This document shows positions 61,302 to 64,000 of a stretch of 64,000 nucleotides of DNA, one piece after another (within the stretch, counting starts at the first letter, position 1; each line of letters begins with the position of its first letter). A program made the translations under genes and the position numbers. The stretch comes from Planctomycetota bacterium (GTDB lineage Bacteria; Planctomycetota; Phycisphaerae; WQYP01). The stretch lies in NCBI GenBank assembly GCA_021818445.1, contig JAKAEB010000015.1, positions 50 to 64,049 on the forward strand, read 5' to 3'. Below the pieces are notes generated by a model, which saw only the letters and a list, made by a program, of their open reading frames with translations, was not told where the DNA came from and ran no database searches.

Positions 61302-62411
61302 ATGGGGCGTATAGTGGACGCGGCACATCAGTTAATACTTCAAAAGCTTGCCATCAAGGCCAAGCGGCGGGCGGAAATCACAACTCTTCTGGAGAGTATG
61401 GATGTTGGAGCCGACCCGGGCAGAATGTCCGAATTGGGCCGCGAACTCGGGAAGCTCAATCGCGAATTGGCCGCCTACGACATTCACCAGAAGTTGGCAA
61501 CGGCTCGGGGCGAAGCGGCCGAAATTGCTGATGACCCTTCTCAAGATGAGGACTTCCGTGCACTGGCTCAAAGCGAGTTGGAGGCTTTGGATGGGCAGAT
61601 GAATGCCCAACTGGATGCCATGATCGACGCGGCGCTGGCCGACGATCAGATCACGACGGATTCCGCCATATTGGAAATTCGTGCCGGTACCGGAGGTGAG
61701 GAGGCAGCCCTTTTTGCCCGGGACCTGACCGACATGTACAGACGATATGCCGAGCGGCGTGGATGGACTTTTGAAATTCTGGATTTCTCTGCCAGCGAGC
61801 ACGGCGGTTTTAGAGAATTGGTCGCCAACGTGCGCGGCCGGGACGCCTATAAATCGCTGGGGTTTGAAGGCGGCGGGCATCGGGTACAGCGCGTACCTGA
61901 AACGGAGACGCAGGGGCGGGTTCATACCAGTGCGGCCACCGTGGCGGTGCTGCCGGAGGCGGATCAATCTGATATCGTGATCAACCCGGCGGATGTACGC
62001 GAAGATGTGTCGCGTGCCGGCGGGCCGGGGGGACAAAATGTGAACAAGGTGGAATCGGCAGTGCAGTTAACGCACCTGCCGACGGGAATCACCGTGCGGA
62101 TGCGGGAAGAGCGAAGCCAGCATAAAAATCGGGATAAGGCCTGGCGTCTTTTGCGCTCGAGGGTTTTTGAACATTACGATTCGCAGCGGCGGCAGCAGCG
62201 TTCCAGTGCACGCAAAGAGATGATTGGCAGCGGCGATCGCAACGAGCGTGTGCGCACCTACAGCTTTCCGCAGAACCGCCTGACAGACCATCGGCTTAAC
62301 CGGAACTTTCCCCTGGAAAAAATCATTGGCGGCGATATGGATGATCTCATCACCGCGCTGCTGGCGCTCGACAGGCAGCAGCGTATCAAAGCGTTGGCCG
62401 CAGCAATCTGA
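61302..62411 (+). CDS. prfA: peptide chain release factor 1
   Basis: The GGQ motif ([16 protein letters not shown]) and the RF1-type P-x-T tripeptide (RVPETE) are present. Overall length is 369 aa from the ATG at 61302, immediately after the terminator. Confidence 0.9.
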   Translation: MGRIVDAAHQLILQKLAIKAKRRAEITTLLESMDVGADPGRMSELGRELGKLNRELAAYDIHQKLATARGEAAEIADDPSQDEDFRALAQSELEALDGQMNAQLDAMIDAALADDQITTDSAILEIRAGTGGEEAALFARDLTDMYRRYAERRGWTFEILDFSASEHGGFRELVANVRGRDAYKSLGFEGGGHRVQRVPETETQGRVHTSAATVAVLPEADQSDIVINPADVREDVSRAGGPGGQNVNKVESAVQLTHLPTGITVRMREERSQHKNRDKAWRLLRSRVFEHYDSQRRQQRSSARKEMIGSGDRNERVRTYSFPQNRLTDHRLNRNFPLEKIIGGDMDDLITALLALDRQQRIKALAAAI

Positions 62412-62434
62412 CCGCGTAAATATCTGCGGCGAGC

Positions 62435-63430
62435 TCAGCGTTTGCACCCCACCACATTGGCATTTGTGTGGCCGGCGGCAAAGTCATCAAGATTGATCAT
62501 GGTTGTCTCCGCAATGGTTTGCAATGCCTCAACCGTAAAAAACGCCTGGTGACCCGTCACCACCACATTGGGAAACGTCAAAAGCCGCGAAAACAGATCG
62601 TCGGTGATGATTTCATCGGCCAGATTTTGAAAATAAAGGGCGGCTTCCTCTTCGTAAACGTCAAGCCCCACCGCACCGATATGATGGTTTTTGAGCGATT
62701 CGATAAGAGCGGCCGTATCGACCAGAGCACCACGACTGGTATTGACCAATATCGCACCACGAGGCATGCGGGCCATGGATGTTGCATTAATTATGTGATA
62801 GGTATCGGGTGTCAGTGGAAGATGAAGTGAAATAATCCGCGACTCGGCCAGCAACTCGTCAGCCGAAACATACGTCAGGCCCAACGCCTCGCAGACGGGA
62901 TTTTTTACAGGATCACAGCCGAGCAACCGGCAGCCCATTGAGTGCAGAATGTTGGCCAGCGCGGTACCGATCTTTCCGGTACCCATGAGGCCAACGGTCT
63001 TACCATGCATATCAAACCCGAGCAGGCCGTCGAGCAGAAAATTTCCGTCGCGCACCCTTGTGTACGCCTTGTGCACGCGGCGGTTGAGCGTAAGTATTAA
63101 TGCCAGCGCAAATTCCGCCACGGCGTAGGGCGAATACTCCGTCACGCGCATGACTGTCAGGCCGCAATCAGCAGCAGCGCGCAGATCGACGTGATTAAAC
63201 CCGGTGCTGCGCAACAACAGAACACGCGTGCCGCCGTCGGCCAATATCTCGATGACGCGGCGAGCAAGGTTGTCATCGACGAAGACACAGAGAGCAGGAA
63301 AGTCACGGGCCAGCAATGCCGTTTCCTCGCGGAGTGCAGTATCAATGAACACCAATTCGTGCCGCCCTTTGTTGGCATGCGTAAGAAACTCCCGATCGTA
63401 AGGGCGGCTGCTGGTAACGAGACATCGCAT
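62435..63430 (-). CDS. D-isomer-specific 2-hydroxyacid dehydrogenase (D-lactate dehydrogenase-like)
   Basis: It has the NAD-binding GLMGTGKIGTALANIL motif and the catalytic R/E/H triad region (RGALVD ... HQAFFT). It is 331 aa. Confidence 0.8.
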   Translation of the reverse strand: MRCLVTSSRPYDREFLTHANKGRHELVFIDTALREETALLARDFPALCVFVDDNLARRVIEILADGGTRVLLLRSTGFNHVDLRAAADCGLTVMRVTEYSPYAVAEFALALILTLNRRVHKAYTRVRDGNFLLDGLLGFDMHGKTVGLMGTGKIGTALANILHSMGCRLLGCDPVKNPVCEALGLTYVSADELLAESRIISLHLPLTPDTYHIINATSMARMPRGAILVNTSRGALVDTAALIESLKNHHIGAVGLDVYEEEAALYFQNLADEIITDDLFSRLLTFPNVVVTGHQAFFTVEALQTIAETTMINLDDFAAGHTNANVVGCKR

Positions 63431-63497
63431 AATTCATCTCCATCCGGGCGAAGTGACATCGGCCCGACATTTCACTATCCACCTGGCGACATCCAAC

Positions 63498-63959
63498 TCA
63501 ACTCCTGTCAGAGGCGATGTCAAGGTCAAAATGAATGGTGGGCGAACCGGCCTCGGCTGGCTGCATGCGAAAGCCGAGGTGCTCCACCAGTACGTGCCGG
63601 GCTTCAAAGTTGTCCACCAGCGCTTTGGCAAAAACCCGAGCGATGCCCTCGCGGCGGGCAATGTCAATCATTGCCGCCAAAAGCGCCTTGCCCACTCCCT
63701 GGTGCTGCCATGCATCGGATACGATGGCTGCGACTTCGGCCGCATTGGTGCCGCGAATTTTTGACAGGCGGCCGACACCCACAATCACAGGCGGACCGTC
63801 TGCGTGAGCGCTTTCAGCGACCATGGCCATTTCGCGGGCATAATCCCCCATGCAGATGCGTACCAGCCGTTCGTGCGCGATCCTGTCTTCCAGCCGCATG
63901 GCCATATAGTAGCGATTGCGGACGCTTTGCGTTGAGAGCGCCCGGTGAAAATCGACCAT
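63498..63959 (-). CDS. GNAT-family N-acetyltransferase (possibly 5'-truncated by window edge)
   Basis: The acetyl-CoA binding motif AWQHQGVGKALLAAMIDIARREG (Q/RxxGxG/A) is present. The ORF may extend beyond position 64000. Confidence 0.55.
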   Translation of the reverse strand: MVDFHRALSTQSVRNRYYMAMRLEDRIAHERLVRICMGDYAREMAMVAESAHADGPPVIVGVGRLSKIRGTNAAEVAAIVSDAWQHQGVGKALLAAMIDIARREGIARVFAKALVDNFEARHVLVEHLGFRMQPAEAGSPTIHFDLDIASDRS

Positions 63960-64000
63960 GAGTGGCTCGTCCTCCGGGCAGATGGGGCGCAGAACCAGTC

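Noticed and set aside
1-64000. CRISPR arrays, rRNA genes, intact insertion sequences or prophage genes
   Set aside because: No regularly spaced direct-repeat array, no rRNA-like conserved blocks and no integrase/terminase/capsid ORFs were seen. The only mobile trace is the IS110 fragment at 38995-39300.

Overview
This 64-kb window looks like a chromosomal segment from a high-GC (about 58-60%) member of the Planctomycetes/PVC group. The clues are a radical-SAM sulfatase-maturating enzyme, an N-terminal double-transmembrane vWA protein, a T2SS/pseudopilin cluster, an aroD-aroE fusion and a giant signal peptidase. Most of the content is housekeeping. It includes lpxD, a STAS/RsbW partner-switching pair, sucAB, nfo, a fused aroDE, a TlpA-like thioredoxin, carB, radA, uppP, gyrA, mutS, anSME, rplM-rpsI, a UbiA prenyltransferase, lpdA, lepB, tRNA-Met(CAT), rpmE, prfA and a D-2-hydroxyacid dehydrogenase. 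The most interesting locus is a six-gene operon at 18407-25822 that has the gene order and sequence signatures of a group-4 membrane-bound [NiFe] hydrogenase or formate-hydrogenlyase, but its large subunit carries no CxxC motif at all, so it cannot ligate a [NiFe] centre. The small subunit does keep its Fe-S cysteines and is fused to a 2x[4Fe-4S] ferredoxin. This is an 'Ehr-like' energy-converting complex of unknown substrate. An HTH-PTS-EIIA fusion regulator and an HD-GYP phosphodiesterase lie immediately upstream. I also identify an unannotated tmRNA gene (ssrA, 39532-39908) with a G3.U70 acceptor stem and a candidate tag ending ...YRMAA. It is flanked upstream by a frameshifted IS110-family transposase remnant with two 24-nt direct repeats and downstream by a GspE/GspF/pseudopilin cluster. 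Other oddities are a PIN-domain (VapC-like) C-terminal remnant, a 596-aa signal peptidase I with a Cys4 zinc-ribbon insertion, a CAT-anticodon tRNA with an imperfect anticodon stem, and an RGG-rich zinc-ribbon protein. No CRISPR array, intact IS element or rRNA was seen.
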